The position numbers and the translations under genes are program-made. A DNA stretch of 61,427 bases, the filler included. It is 7 parts of 7 records of this genome, joined end to end, with 100 filler letters (N's around TTAATTAATTAA, not from the genome) between each part and the next. Parts side by side here need not be neighbours in the genome. Positions count along the whole stretch, not along the records: positions 45,243 to 54,883 come from SRR31156797_54883; positions 54,984 to 61,427 come from SRR31156797_54964; 5 more parts are not named here. The stretch is one strand, 5' to 3'. The notes under the pieces were generated by a model. The model had not been told where the DNA came from. It ran no database searches and was given only the letters and a program-made list of their open reading frames with translations. The stretch's first letter is position 1. Each line of letters begins with the position of its first letter. Below, in pieces: positions 46,751 to 57,022 of the stretch.

Positions 46751-49132
46751 TTATTTTCCAGCTAAGCGTGTAACAAAAGTTGCAAAGGCAACAACCGATA
46801 CCGAACTAATTGGCATAAGAATAGCTGCTACTATCGGCGAAAGATTCCCGGAAAGAGCAAATGCGATTCCAATAACATTGTAAAAAAATGAAATGGCAAA
46901 GCTAATTTTTACAATGTTCAGCGAAGTTTGGGTAAAACGAATAAAGTGAGCAAGGCGATGGAACTTATCGGCTTCAAGCACGGCATCGCTGGCCGGTGAA
47001 AAATGATAAACTTTATCGGCAATGGTTAATGCAACATCGGCTTGCATTAAAGCACCTGCATCGTTTAGCCCGTCACCAGTCATAAGCACAGTGTGCCCTT
47101 CTGTTTGTTTTGCCTTAATAAATGCAGCTTTATCTCCGGGTTTCTGATTAAAGAGCATATTATTTTTATCGAAATAATCTGAGAGATTATCGGCTTCCGC
47201 ATCATTGTCGCCTGAAATGAGGAAAAGATTAAATCTGCTATTTAACGTATCGAGTACCATGTTAAATCCCTTACGATATTGGTTATTAATGGTATAATGA
47301 CCTTTTACTTTGTTTTCGATAGCCACATAAACAGTTGATGTTTTTTGCTGCTTTAAGGAGGGGGTATTTGTAACGTATTCTTCCGAGCCAAGTCGTACAT
47401 CCAAACCATTAACTTTTCCGAAAATTCCACGACCTGCCACCTCTACAAAATGTTCAGGCCGACTATAATCCTTACCGTTAAGACGTTGACTAAGCGCTGC
47501 ACTTAAGGGGTGTGTCGATTGTTTGGCTAACGAAAGAACAGCTTGATTTTCCTCCTGAGATAATTCAACTCCGCTGTAGTTTACTTTATTTTTATTGGGT
47601 TGTGTTAATGTCCCGGTTTTGTCAAAAACGATGGTATTAATTCTTGAAAGTTTTTCAATTACACTGGTGTTTTTAATGTACAAACCGTTTTTACCAAAAA
47701 TACGCATGGTGTTCCCAAATGTAAATGGGATTGAGAGTGCCAAAGCACAGGGACAAGCTACAATCAGAACAGCTGTAAATACAAAAATTGCAGTATGTAA
47801 TTCTCCTTTTAGCAGCCAAAAAACAAATCCGGAAATGGCAATGGCTATTACAATTAAAGTAAAATATTGACTAACCCGATCAGAAAGTGTTTTTAATGAA
47901 TCCGAAGGTTTTTCATAAGTTTTGTCCTGGTTCCAGAGTTTGGTAAGATGGCTTTGGTTCACCTCTTTTTTTATCCTGATTTTAATAATTCCTCCCATCT
48001 GTCGGCCTCCGGCATAAATAAAGTCCCCCGTTTTTTTAGCTACAGGGGTCGATTCGCCGGTAACAAAGCTGTAGTCGATTCTGCCCTCACCTTCAGTTAA
48101 TTCTGCATCAGCAGGAATTAGCTCTTTGTTTCTGATGATCAGCTCGTCATCAATTTCAATTTTTTCCAGAAGAATGCTTTCTTCAATTTGTTTGTTGATT
48201 TTAGTAACAGCTATCGGGAAGTATGATTTATAGTTGCGGTCGAATGACAGTGCCTCGTAAGTTTTACTTTGGTACCATTTCCCAACCAAAAGAAAGAAGA
48301 TCAGTCCTGAAAGACTGTCGCTATAGCCGGAACCTTTAGTAAAAATAACTTCGTAACTGGTTACTAAAAACAATACGATTATCCCCAGCGCAATGGGTAA
48401 ATCAATACTGATATTCTTTTTAAGCAGATTTTTAAATGCTGAGATATAATAATCGCTTCCACTATAAAAAGCCACCGGAAATACCAAGATATAGCTTAAG
48501 ATATTAAACAGCGCCTGTAATTTATCGCTAAGTGGTTCGCCATTAAAATAAGCTGGCAAGCTGTATGTCATTACGTTGACAAACACAAATCCGGCAACTC
48601 CAATTTTATATAACAGCTTTTTGTACGATTTGTCATCTTTTTTATCGGTAAGGCTTTGTGAGAGATCGGGAATGTAATGAATGGAGTGTAAAAGTTCTAC
48701 TAATTGTCGTAAAGTAATTTTATTTACATCAAAGGTAATGTCCACCTCTTTTCGTGTAAAATTTACAAATGAATGCCTGATCCCGGAGTGTAGCTTTTGC
48801 AGGTGCTCGAGTAGCCATATGCAAGAAGCACAATGAATTACCGGGACATAGAATTTTACTTTTGAGATCCCTCCTTCTGAGAAAGAAATTAATTTTTTGA
48901 TTACCTCCTCATTATCAAGAAATGCATATTTATTTCCAAGTTCGGTGGTGGTTTCTGCTTTTATCCCCGGTGTTTCTTCCAGGTTGTAATAGTTGTAGAG
49001 CCTATTTTCGTTTAATAGCTGATATACAGTAAGACAACCATTGCAACAAAAACTCTTTTCGTTCCAGATTATGGGGCTATTCCCGCAATCAGCACCACAG
49101 TGTACACATCTATTTTCTTGTTGTTTCCCCAC
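46751..49132 (-). CDS. ccoI: cbb3-associated Cu P1B-type ATPase
   Basis: CVHCG..FCCNGC, HCASC, TGES, CPC, DKTGT and GDGLND motifs; located in the cco cluster. Confidence 0.93.
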   Translation of the reverse strand: MGKQQENRCVHCGADCGNSPIIWNEKSFCCNGCLTVYQLLNENRLYNYYNLEETPGIKAETTTELGNKYAFLDNEEVIKKLISFSEGGISKVKFYVPVIHCASCIWLLEHLQKLHSGIRHSFVNFTRKEVDITFDVNKITLRQLVELLHSIHYIPDLSQSLTDKKDDKSYKKLLYKIGVAGFVFVNVMTYSLPAYFNGEPLSDKLQALFNILSYILVFPVAFYSGSDYYISAFKNLLKKNISIDLPIALGIIVLFLVTSYEVIFTKGSGYSDSLSGLIFFLLVGKWYQSKTYEALSFDRNYKSYFPIAVTKINKQIEESILLEKIEIDDELIIRNKELIPADAELTEGEGRIDYSFVTGESTPVAKKTGDFIYAGGRQMGGIIKIRIKKEVNQSHLTKLWNQDKTYEKPSDSLKTLSDRVSQYFTLIVIAIAISGFVFWLLKGELHTAIFVFTAVLIVACPCALALSIPFTFGNTMRIFGKNGLYIKNTSVIEKLSRINTIVFDKTGTLTQPNKNKVNYSGVELSQEENQAVLSLAKQSTHPLSAALSQRLNGKDYSRPEHFVEVAGRGIFGKVNGLDVRLGSEEYVTNTPSLKQQKTSTVYVAIENKVKGHYTINNQYRKGFNMVLDTLNSRFNLFLISGDNDAEADNLSDYFDKNNMLFNQKPGDKAAFIKAKQTEGHTVLMTGDGLNDAGALMQADVALTIADKVYHFSPASDAVLEADKFHRLAHFIRFTQTSLNIVKISFAISFFYNVIGIAFALSGNLSPIVAAILMPISSVSVVAFATFVTRLAGK

Positions 49133-49222
49133 CTCTGTTTTGTATTACTTCTGGTTTTTATGACAAAAGCAAATACCACTAAAATACAATGTTGTTAAAA
49201 TCTCACCAGCTTCAATTGTTTT

Positions 49223-49984
49223 TTATTTCGAAGAGCAACAATCTCCCTTCGATTCCTTATGCAATTTCTCCGATTCTGTTGCCAGGCTTTTTTCAAATTT
49301 CTGTTCTATTTTTTGTTTTGGAGGGCTAAGATAGGGGATACCCAGACTCAATCCACGCAATACAAACAGAACACCAACAACCACAACCAGCACTGGTATT
49401 AGTTTGTTTATTTTATTTCGAACGGCCAGGCTTAAAACATTTCCGGCTATTGAAATAGCCAATAGCATGGGTATTGTACCTAACCCGAATAAAATCATGT
49501 ACAACGAACCTTCCGCTATACCTCCGGTACCAATAGCGCCGGCAATGGCCATATAAACCAGACCACACGGCAGCAATCCGTTTAGCATACCTATAAAAAA
49601 CAGGCTTTGAAATGATCGTATTGAGAACATTTTACCAATCTTCTTTTTAAGTTTTCCAACAAGTGTAAACCAACTTTTATCCATACTGTATTGGTTTTTG
49701 AACAGTGTTGGGAAAAGAACAGAAATGATCATAAATGCTCCCATTATAACCGATACTTTTTGCTGAAACCCGATTAACTGAAGCCCTTGTCCCAACAACC
49801 CAAAAACAGCACCCATAATTCCATATGTTATGGTTCGGCCGATGTTGTATAGTGTACCTCCAAATACTTTTTGCGCGGCAGTATTTCCGTGTAAAGGAAG
49901 CGCAATGGCAATAGGGCCACACATTCCTGCGCAATGGAAACTGCCCATTAATCCTAATATTAATGCTGAAATAAAAATGGTCAT
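49223..49984 (-). CDS. DsbD_2/TauE-like membrane protein of cbb3 clusters
   Basis: GSFHCAGMCGP, YNIGR, NGLLPCGLVY and FGLGTIP motifs. Confidence 0.9.
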   Translation of the reverse strand: MTIFISALILGLMGSFHCAGMCGPIAIALPLHGNTAAQKVFGGTLYNIGRTITYGIMGAVFGLLGQGLQLIGFQQKVSVIMGAFMIISVLFPTLFKNQYSMDKSWFTLVGKLKKKIGKMFSIRSFQSLFFIGMLNGLLPCGLVYMAIAGAIGTGGIAEGSLYMILFGLGTIPMLLAISIAGNVLSLAVRNKINKLIPVLVVVVGVLFVLRGLSLGIPYLSPPKQKIEQKFEKSLATESEKLHKESKGDCCSSK

Positions 49985-50022
49985 GGCATTTATTTTTTTA
50001 GCTCCAGTTAAGGTGAAAATCT

Positions 50023-50463
50023 TTATTGAATGTTTACCGGGCGATTAACTTCGTACCTTAAACCGTTAGAATACCAACTGAATTTTAGAATATACCTTCC
50101 TTTGATTAGTTCTTTTTTGTCAAATTCAACTTTTGTAGCGTTTTTTTGTACGTGGGCCATTATGTCTTTTGTTTTATCCGAAGGACGAAACATAAGCATG
50201 CTTCCCGAATCTACTTGCTCAGACAAATACTCATCAAGTTCAACGATAAAACGATTATTTGCGGAATTGATCGTATAAGAATGAGCAAAAGTTTTTGAAC
50301 GCTTATTAACTTTCATTTGTTCGGAGTAATCTACTCCTTTTTCATAATAATCTTTGTGAACCAGGTTTACCTGTTGTTTTGAGGCAAAAACAATAAAGAC
50401 AGCAGAAGCTGATAAAAAGAGTATCAAAAATATAAGAATGCCGGTTCCCCAATTAAATTTCAT
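50023..50463 (-). CDS. ccoH: FixH/CcoH assembly protein
   Basis: NWGTGI plus TM helix, LVHKDYYEK, RPSD; cluster position. Confidence 0.88.
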   Translation of the reverse strand: MKFNWGTGILIFLILFLSASAVFIVFASKQQVNLVHKDYYEKGVDYSEQMKVNKRSKTFAHSYTINSANNRFIVELDEYLSEQVDSGSMLMFRPSDKTKDIMAHVQKNATKVEFDKKELIKGRYILKFSWYSNGLRYEVNRPVNIQ

Positions 50464-50494
50464 AGTTGATTATAATTTGCTTTTGTCTAAATGT

Positions 50495-51880
50495 CTAACG
50501 TTTGTCAGAACTGCTACTTTGTGGTCCTACAAAAGTTGTTTTATACGTTTCAATTAATTCATTTTTACTGTAAACTCCAAATTCTACTTCGGTCTTGTCG
50601 CTTTTTATATCATCCTTCGGAATATAAAGAATGAACGTAGACTCAAACATATCCTGATCTTTAATGTTCATTTTATTTCCGGCCATTTTTATTTCTCCCC
50701 GGTGTGAAGTAATGCGTAATTCCAAAGGCATTTCATCATGGGTTTTATTTACAACTTTAATGTTATATACATTCGAGAAAGTGGTCTCCTGTTCCTGGTA
50801 TAGTAATCCTGGCGTACGTAAAATCGTGGTTTCTATTACCGGGCGAGAAATTAGTGTGTAAACAAAAAAAGAAAATAATAGGATTAAAACCACCGAATAT
50901 GCCCGGTTTCTTGCATTCCAAATTGAAGTCTGCTGACCTTTTATCTGGGCTTCCGAAGCGTAACGAATTAGTCCCAAAGGTTTTCCTGTTACATGCATAA
51001 TTTTATTGCACTGGTCTATACAAGCTGTACAATTGATGCATTCAAGCTGAGTCCCGTTCCGGATATCGATTCCGGTAGGGCAGACTGAAATGCATTGTTT
51101 GCAGTCGGTGCAATCACCATCGCCTTTGCTTCCACGGGGTTCACCACGTTTATAATCGTAACTTACAGCAATTGATTTTGAATCTAGCAATACCCCCTGC
51201 ATTCTTCCATATGGGCAAACCATGGTGCATATTTGTTCGCGGAAATAAGAGTATACCCAGTAGAAAAAAGCAGAAACCAGTAACATTGTTCCGAATCCTG
51301 AAATGTTTTCAATAATGGGCTCCTGAATCAATTCTAGCCAGCGATCACTACCTGTAAACCACATCAGAAACACATTGGTCATTGCTATTGAGATCAGTAT
51401 AAATATTCCGTGTTTTAGCGTTTTTTTGAAGATCTTTTTCCCGGTCCAGGGGCTGTTGTCTAATTTGTGTCGTTCGCGGTAATCTCCTTCAATCAGGTAT
51501 TCAACCTGACGAAATACGAGCTCCAGAAAAATTGTTTGCGGACAAGCCCAGCCACACCAAAGGCGACCAAAAGTTACAGTAAATAAAACGATAAACAACA
51601 CAAAAGAAAGCATCAAAAGGGCCAGAATAAATGTATCCTGAGCCCAGAATATTGCCCCGAATATTATAAATTTTCGGTTTGCAATGTCCAAAAGAATAAG
51701 CGGATTACCATTAATTTTAATAAAGGGTACACCTATCCAAAACAGTAAAAGCAACCACCCTAAAATCGTTCTTCGGTTAAACCATTTTCCCGAAGGTTTT
51801 TTTGCGTAAATCCATTTTCGTCCACCCCGCTCGTTCATGTTGATTGGGTAATCTCTGAAATCTAAATTGCGATTTGCCAT
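50495..51880 (-). CDS. ccoG: Cytochrome c oxidase accessory protein CcoG
   Basis: GRLWCGWACPQT, CTMVCPYGR, CTDCKQCISVCPTGIDIR and CINCTACID motifs. Confidence 0.96.
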   Translation of the reverse strand: MANRNLDFRDYPINMNERGGRKWIYAKKPSGKWFNRRTILGWLLLLFWIGVPFIKINGNPLILLDIANRKFIIFGAIFWAQDTFILALLMLSFVLFIVLFTVTFGRLWCGWACPQTIFLELVFRQVEYLIEGDYRERHKLDNSPWTGKKIFKKTLKHGIFILISIAMTNVFLMWFTGSDRWLELIQEPIIENISGFGTMLLVSAFFYWVYSYFREQICTMVCPYGRMQGVLLDSKSIAVSYDYKRGEPRGSKGDGDCTDCKQCISVCPTGIDIRNGTQLECINCTACIDQCNKIMHVTGKPLGLIRYASEAQIKGQQTSIWNARNRAYSVVLILLFSFFVYTLISRPVIETTILRTPGLLYQEQETTFSNVYNIKVVNKTHDEMPLELRITSHRGEIKMAGNKMNIKDQDMFESTFILYIPKDDIKSDKTEVEFGVYSKNELIETYKTTFVGPQSSSSDKR

Positions 51881-51897
51881 ATGTTCAAATAGGTGGT

Positions 51898-51927
51898 AAA
51901 AAAGAAGGGAAATTTATCCCCTTTTTT
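51898..51927 (-). terminator. Weak intrinsic terminator between ccoP and ccoG
   Basis: Minus strand AAAAAAGGGGA-TAAATT-TCCCTTCTTTTTT. Confidence 0.55.
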
Positions 51928-51945
51928 ATGTTCTTTCTTGTTTTG

Positions 51946-52518
51946 TTAATTGCATTTTTCTCCCTGGGCCTCTTTTGCATTTGCTGGGTTTGTTCCCACC
52001 ATGGTCATCACGTAACTGGCAACCTTTTGGAGTTTTTCATCACTGATTTGCCCTTTAAAGGCAGTCATTCCTTTAGCCGGTTTGCCGTTTTTTATAATGT
52101 TGAAAACACTTTGAAAATCACATCCGTTTAGTGAATACTCATCGCAAAGGTTTGGGCCAATTGCATTCCCCTCGCCATTAATTCCATGGCAAGCCATACA
52201 AGCCATATCGGTGTAAATTTGCTTTCCTTCGGCTAGAGAAGCTTCATCCGTCAGAGCTGTTAATTCATTTGTATTTAGTGTAGCTATTTGGTATTTTTCA
52301 TCATGTTTCATCGATTTCCTGGTGTATTCTGCATCCTGATGATCGCCTTCTTTTAGCCAGAAAAAGTATGCACCGTATAAGATAGACCAGCCAATGGTTA
52401 TATAAAACAATAACATGATCCAACGGGGTGGTGGATTATCAAGTTCCTTAATACCATCGTACTCATGATCCATAATATGATCGTCCTGTTCTATTATTTT
52501 GTCTTTTTTTTTCGACAT
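51946..52518 (-). CDS. ccoP: cbb3 oxidase subunit III (monoheme)
   Basis: DHEYDGIKELDNPPPRW N-terminus; single CMACH; GPNL; GM. Confidence 0.93.
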   Translation of the reverse strand: MSKKKDKIIEQDDHIMDHEYDGIKELDNPPPRWIMLLFYITIGWSILYGAYFFWLKEGDHQDAEYTRKSMKHDEKYQIATLNTNELTALTDEASLAEGKQIYTDMACMACHGINGEGNAIGPNLCDEYSLNGCDFQSVFNIIKNGKPAKGMTAFKGQISDEKLQKVASYVMTMVGTNPANAKEAQGEKCN

Positions 52519-52529
52519 AATTGTAAGAT

Positions 52530-52724
52530 TTAGTTTGATGTTATTAGATCTTCGCTTTCGGCATCTTGTAAAATTGAATTTTTAATTTCATCCATTTCGC
52601 CATTTGGAATACGCATGGTGCGAATAAAAATTACAATAAACAGTGCCACAAAAATGAGTAATCCGACGATGTAAAAGATCTGGATTCCTTCAATACTTGT
52701 CAATAAATTGCTTACTATTTTCAT
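52530..52724 (-). CDS. ccoQ: cbb3 oxidase small subunit
   Basis: 64-aa single-TM ORF between ccoNO and ccoP. Confidence 0.82.
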   Translation of the reverse strand: MKIVSNLLTSIEGIQIFYIVGLLIFVALFIVIFIRTMRIPNGEMDEIKNSILQDAESEDLITSN

Positions 52725-52725
52725 G

Positions 52726-54883
52726 CTATTTACCTTGTAAAGTAATTAATACATAACTTGTCAGTTGGGTAATCTGTTTTTCCGACAACATCGTTTTATA
52801 AGGAACCATTCCTTTGGGTATATTTCCTTCTGAAATAGATTGGTATACATCTTCCGGTTTGTTCCCGGAAAGCCACTCGTCATCTACCAAACTCGGGAAT
52901 GTAGCAATTCCTTTACCATCTGCCCCGTGACATACGACACAATTGGTTTCAAAAATCTTTTTCCCGGCTTCAAGATTTTCTTTGTCGGTAAGCAGTTCTA
53001 CCTCACCCGGAGTCTGTGTTTCGGAATGTACTTCTTCAGGTGCGACTTCAGGCTTTTCCATAATGTCTTTTCCCAATTTATGCATATAGGCAATCATAGC
53101 TACCATTTGTTTTTTTGCATCTGTTTCTATGCCCGATTCTTTTAGTTCGGTAACAATACCTTCAGCTTGTGCGAGGTAATCATCAACTGCCTTTTTATCG
53201 TATTCTTCAGGATAAGGTACACCCAGTGTTTGCATTGCCCTTATCTTTTTAGGTGTTTTTGATAAATCAACGTTTTTAACGGCTAACCAGGCATAGTTTG
53301 GCATTATCGATTGTTCATTCATTTTCTGTGGATCCATAAAATGGTTGTAATGCCAGGCTGCATTTTTATACATTGGACCACCAATAACACCTGCTCTTGC
53401 GAGATCGGGTCCTATACGGCGCGATCCCCATTGGTAAGGATGGTCGTAAACAAATTCTCCAATTTTGGAGTACTCTCCATAACGGTCGGTTTCCCATCGG
53501 AAAGGACGGATTATTTGTGAATGACAAACATAACAACCTTCTTTTATGTATAAATCACGGCCTTCCAGTTCAAGAGGAGTATAAGGTTTTACCGATTCAA
53601 TTGTTGGTACGTTTGATTTGATAAAAATCATTGGAATTATTTCAACAGCACCACCAATTACAAGGGCTATAAATACCCAAATAGAGAACCGTACTGCGCG
53701 ACGTTCCATCCAGCGGTGAACAGTTTCGGTAAGCGGATTTCTTTTTCCGGCGAGAACAAGTGCCGGAGCTTCTGCCGTTTCATTGTTTACAAAACTACCT
53801 GCTTTCATGGTTTTCGCAAGGTTAACCAACATAATGATGAATCCAAGAAGGAATAACACTCCGCTAAACACCCTAACGGCGTACATTGGTACAATTTGGG
53901 AGACAGTTTCAAGGAAGTTAGGGTATTGCAAGAATCCTTCATCGGTATAGTCGCGCCACATTAGCCACTGGGTAATTGCTGCCCAATACAATGGAATTGC
54001 ATAAACTAAAATGGCAAGGGTAGACATCCAGAAATGCGTGTTAGCCAATTTTTCGGAGTAAAGCTTTGTTTTGAAAAGTTTTGGTACAAGCCAGTATAAC
54101 ATTCCAAATACAATGCCTCCGTTCCAGCCCATACCTCCAATATGTACGTGAGCAATGGTCCAGTCGGTAAAATGAGTAATTTGATTGACTGATTTTAACG
54201 ACATCATTGGACCTTCAAAAGTTGACATACCATAGGCTGTTACGGCAACAACCAGGAATTTAAGTGCAGCACTGTCGCGAACACGATCCCAGGCTCCCCG
54301 GAGCGTTAACAATCCGTTGATCATACCTCCCCAGCTGGGAGCAATAAGCATAATGGAGAAGGTGACACCCAGTGCCTGTGCCCATTCGGGCAGTGCCTGA
54401 TAGAGCAGATGATGAGGACCTGCCCACATGTATAGGAAAATAAGTGACCAAAAATGGATAATGGATAATTTGTATGAATAAATTGGTCGGTTGGCTGCTT
54501 TGGGAAGATAATAATACATTAATCCCAGGAAGGGGGTGGTTAAAAAGAATGCCACTGCATTGTGGCCGTACCACCATTGTACTACTGCATCTTGTGCCCC
54601 GGCGTATATGGAGTAACTTTTAAACAACGAAACAGGCAACTCAAATGAGTTTACCACATGTAATATGGCTACACCAAGGAACGTTGCCAGATACCACCAG
54701 ATGGCGGCATAAATGTGTTGTACACGACGTACGATAATTGTCCCGATCATGTTCCAGCCAAATGCCACCCATACCAGGGTGATCAGGATATCGATTGGCC
54801 ATTCCAGTTCTGCATATTCTTTACCGGTAGTAAAACCGGCAAGTAGAGTTACCGCAGCCAAAACAATAATGGTTTGCCAGCCC
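52726..54883 (-). CDS. ccoNO: Fused cbb3 oxidase subunits I/II with an extra C-terminal cytochrome c domain (5'-partial)
   Basis: EYAELEW, WWYGHNAV, WAGPHHL, AHVH (CcoN); EGCYVCHSQ, WGSRRIGPDL (CcoO); additional CVVCH..PSL..GM domain. Confidence 0.96.
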
Positions 54884-54983
54884 NNNNNNNNNNNNNNNNN
54901 NNNNNNNNNNNNNNNNNNNNNNNNNNNTTAATTAATTAANNNNNNNNNNNNNNNNNNNNNNNNNNNNNNNNNNNNNNNNNNNN
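54884..54983. other. Artificial contig linker
   Basis: N/TTAATTAATTAA/N spacer. Confidence 0.99.
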
Positions 54984-55051
54984 TCCCCATCGATGGGAAC
55001 GACCACCGGGTCCATGGTAAATTCAATGTCGTCTGGTAAAGGCTTCTCCAT
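54984..55051 (-). CDS. Probable stand-alone Smr-domain protein, N-terminus (3'-partial)
   Basis: MEKPLPDDIEFTMDPVVVPIDG resembles the PV.IPIDG that precedes LDLH in small Smr proteins; only 22 codons are visible. Confidence 0.5.
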
Positions 55052-55093
55052 GCCACAATGTTGCACAAAAACTGGTTGGGTGCAAGATTGGAT

Positions 55094-57022
55094 CTACAGG
55101 GAGCGTGCGACCTCTTCTGCCTCGCTCTGCGCCAGCATCAGATTTCGCGGTGTTTTGGCATCACCGATAACGGCTGTTTTTATTTGTCGTTCATCCAACA
55201 GCTGTTTGGCATCGCGCATCGGTGTCATGGCTTCGGCCACCACCACGGTATCGAAGCCTTCCAGCGATGCAGGTTTGCCGGCGGTGGTGAAAACGACCCC
55301 ATCGTTTTTAAAGGTTCTTATCGATACCCGTTTATACAGGTGTACGCTGTCTCGCTTGAGTCGCTCCCTCAGGTAAAATCGATCGTTGCTGGACATCTCT
55401 TCCGCAAAGTGCCGTTTTCGATTGAGAACTGCGACCTCTCTTCCTTTTTCCGCCAAATAGTCCGCCGTTACGAGGCCGGCCTGGCCGCCACCGATGACGA
55501 TTACCCGATCACCGGTAATTTTTCCTTCCAATACTTCGGTCACCGTGCACAAATCCATTTTGGTCGTGAACAATCCCTTGATGATGGGCATATCCGGCAG
55601 GCTGCCGGTGGCAAGAATGACTGTATCCGGATTGAGTTCATCCAGTAAGGTTTCCTCCAATTTCGTGTTCAGGCGCAATGCAACGCCATGACGTTGGATT
55701 TCATTGGTCAGAAATTCGATGATATCCTTGATCTCACTCCTGCCGGGAACCTTGGCGCCCAGTCGGAGCAATCCACCGACATGGCCAGTCTCCTCGATGA
55801 CGGTTACACGGTGGCCGAGCAGGGTTGCCTTTCGCGCGGCTGCAAGCCCTGCGGGGCCGGCTCCCACCACCAGAAGGTCGATAGGCGTTTTCGCTGTTTT
55901 GTCCTGTTCCATCAAATACTCGCGGCCCACATCGGGGTTGACGACACAACCGCCCGGTTCATGGGCCAGTACCGCATCGATGCAACCCAGGCAGCATCCG
56001 ATGCACGGCCGAATGGATGCCAGGTCTCCTTTCCGGGCTTTTTCAGGAAGCATTGGGTCGGCGATCAGTGCACGACCCATGGCGATTACGTCGGCTTTTT
56101 CCTCTTTGAGAAAGCGGTTGGCCATTTCGGGACTCTTAATGCGCCCCACACCCACAACGGGAATTTTGACAACCTGTTTGATCTCTTGGGCAAGGTGAAT
56201 AAAACAACCATGTTCAACATACATGGAGGGAATGGTCAGTTGCCTGGCACCGTAGACACCCGCAGAAACGCTCAGGTAATCAGCACCATGCGCTTCCAAA
56301 ATCGGAGCCAGGCGCATGGCGTCCTGCCGGGTCCATCCACCATCGATATAGTCATCTCCATTGATTCTCACCCCTACGGGATAGTCGGATCCTGCTTTTG
56401 CCTTGATATCATCCAGGATCTCCAGGAAAAAACGGATGCGGTTTTTGAAACGTCCTCCATAGTCATCCTCGCGATGGTTGGCGTTCAAAGACAAAAATTG
56501 ATTGATCAGATATCCGTGCGCCCCGTGAATTTCGATGAAGTCTATGCCTGCATCTTTGCATCTGCGGGCCGCATCACCAAATGCTGCAACCTGTTCTCCG
56601 ATTTCCGGTATGCTCAATGCTTTTGGTCTCTTTTTGACGACTGCGGGTGGTGGGATGGCGGATGGCGCAACGGTCTGGTCGAGATTGCATTGTCGGCCGC
56701 CATGCATGATCTGGACCCCGATGCAAGTGTTGAACGGTCGAATGGCTTTGACCATTTTTTGCATGGCCGGAATGCAGGCATCGTCCCACAAGGTGGGAAG
56801 ATCCGGCGCTTCAACGCCGGATGGATGGGCACTCGCGCCACCCACGAGAATCATGCCGGCGCCGCCTTTGGCCCTTTCGGCCAGATAAGCGGTCAACTGT
56901 TCGGTAATATAACCGTTCTCATCCACACCGAAATTAATGCTCATGCTCGGCATGAGAAGTCGGTTTTTTGCTGTCATCCGTCCGATTTGAATGGGAGAAA
57001 AAAGATGTTTTAAGATTGTCAT
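55094..57022 (-). CDS. OYE-family NADH:flavin oxidoreductase with 4Fe-4S and FAD domains (enoate/dienoyl-CoA reductase-like)
   Basis: ERAKGG, EIHGAHGYLINQFLS, NHREDDYGG...NR, CIGCCLGC...CVVNP, GAGPAG, GGGQAG. Confidence 0.94.
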   Translation of the reverse strand: MTILKHLFSPIQIGRMTAKNRLLMPSMSINFGVDENGYITEQLTAYLAERAKGGAGMILVGGASAHPSGVEAPDLPTLWDDACIPAMQKMVKAIRPFNTCIGVQIMHGGRQCNLDQTVAPSAIPPPAVVKKRPKALSIPEIGEQVAAFGDAARRCKDAGIDFIEIHGAHGYLINQFLSLNANHREDDYGGRFKNRIRFFLEILDDIKAKAGSDYPVGVRINGDDYIDGGWTRQDAMRLAPILEAHGADYLSVSAGVYGARQLTIPSMYVEHGCFIHLAQEIKQVVKIPVVGVGRIKSPEMANRFLKEEKADVIAMGRALIADPMLPEKARKGDLASIRPCIGCCLGCIDAVLAHEPGGCVVNPDVGREYLMEQDKTAKTPIDLLVVGAGPAGLAAARKATLLGHRVTVIEETGHVGGLLRLGAKVPGRSEIKDIIEFLTNEIQRHGVALRLNTKLEETLLDELNPDTVILATGSLPDMPIIKGLFTTKMDLCTVTEVLEGKITGDRVIVIGGGQAGLVTADYLAEKGREVAVLNRKRHFAEEMSSNDRFYLRERLKRDSVHLYKRVSIRTFKNDGVVFTTAGKPASLEGFDTVVVAEAMTPMRDAKQLLDERQIKTAVIGDAKTPRNLMLAQSEAEEVARSL

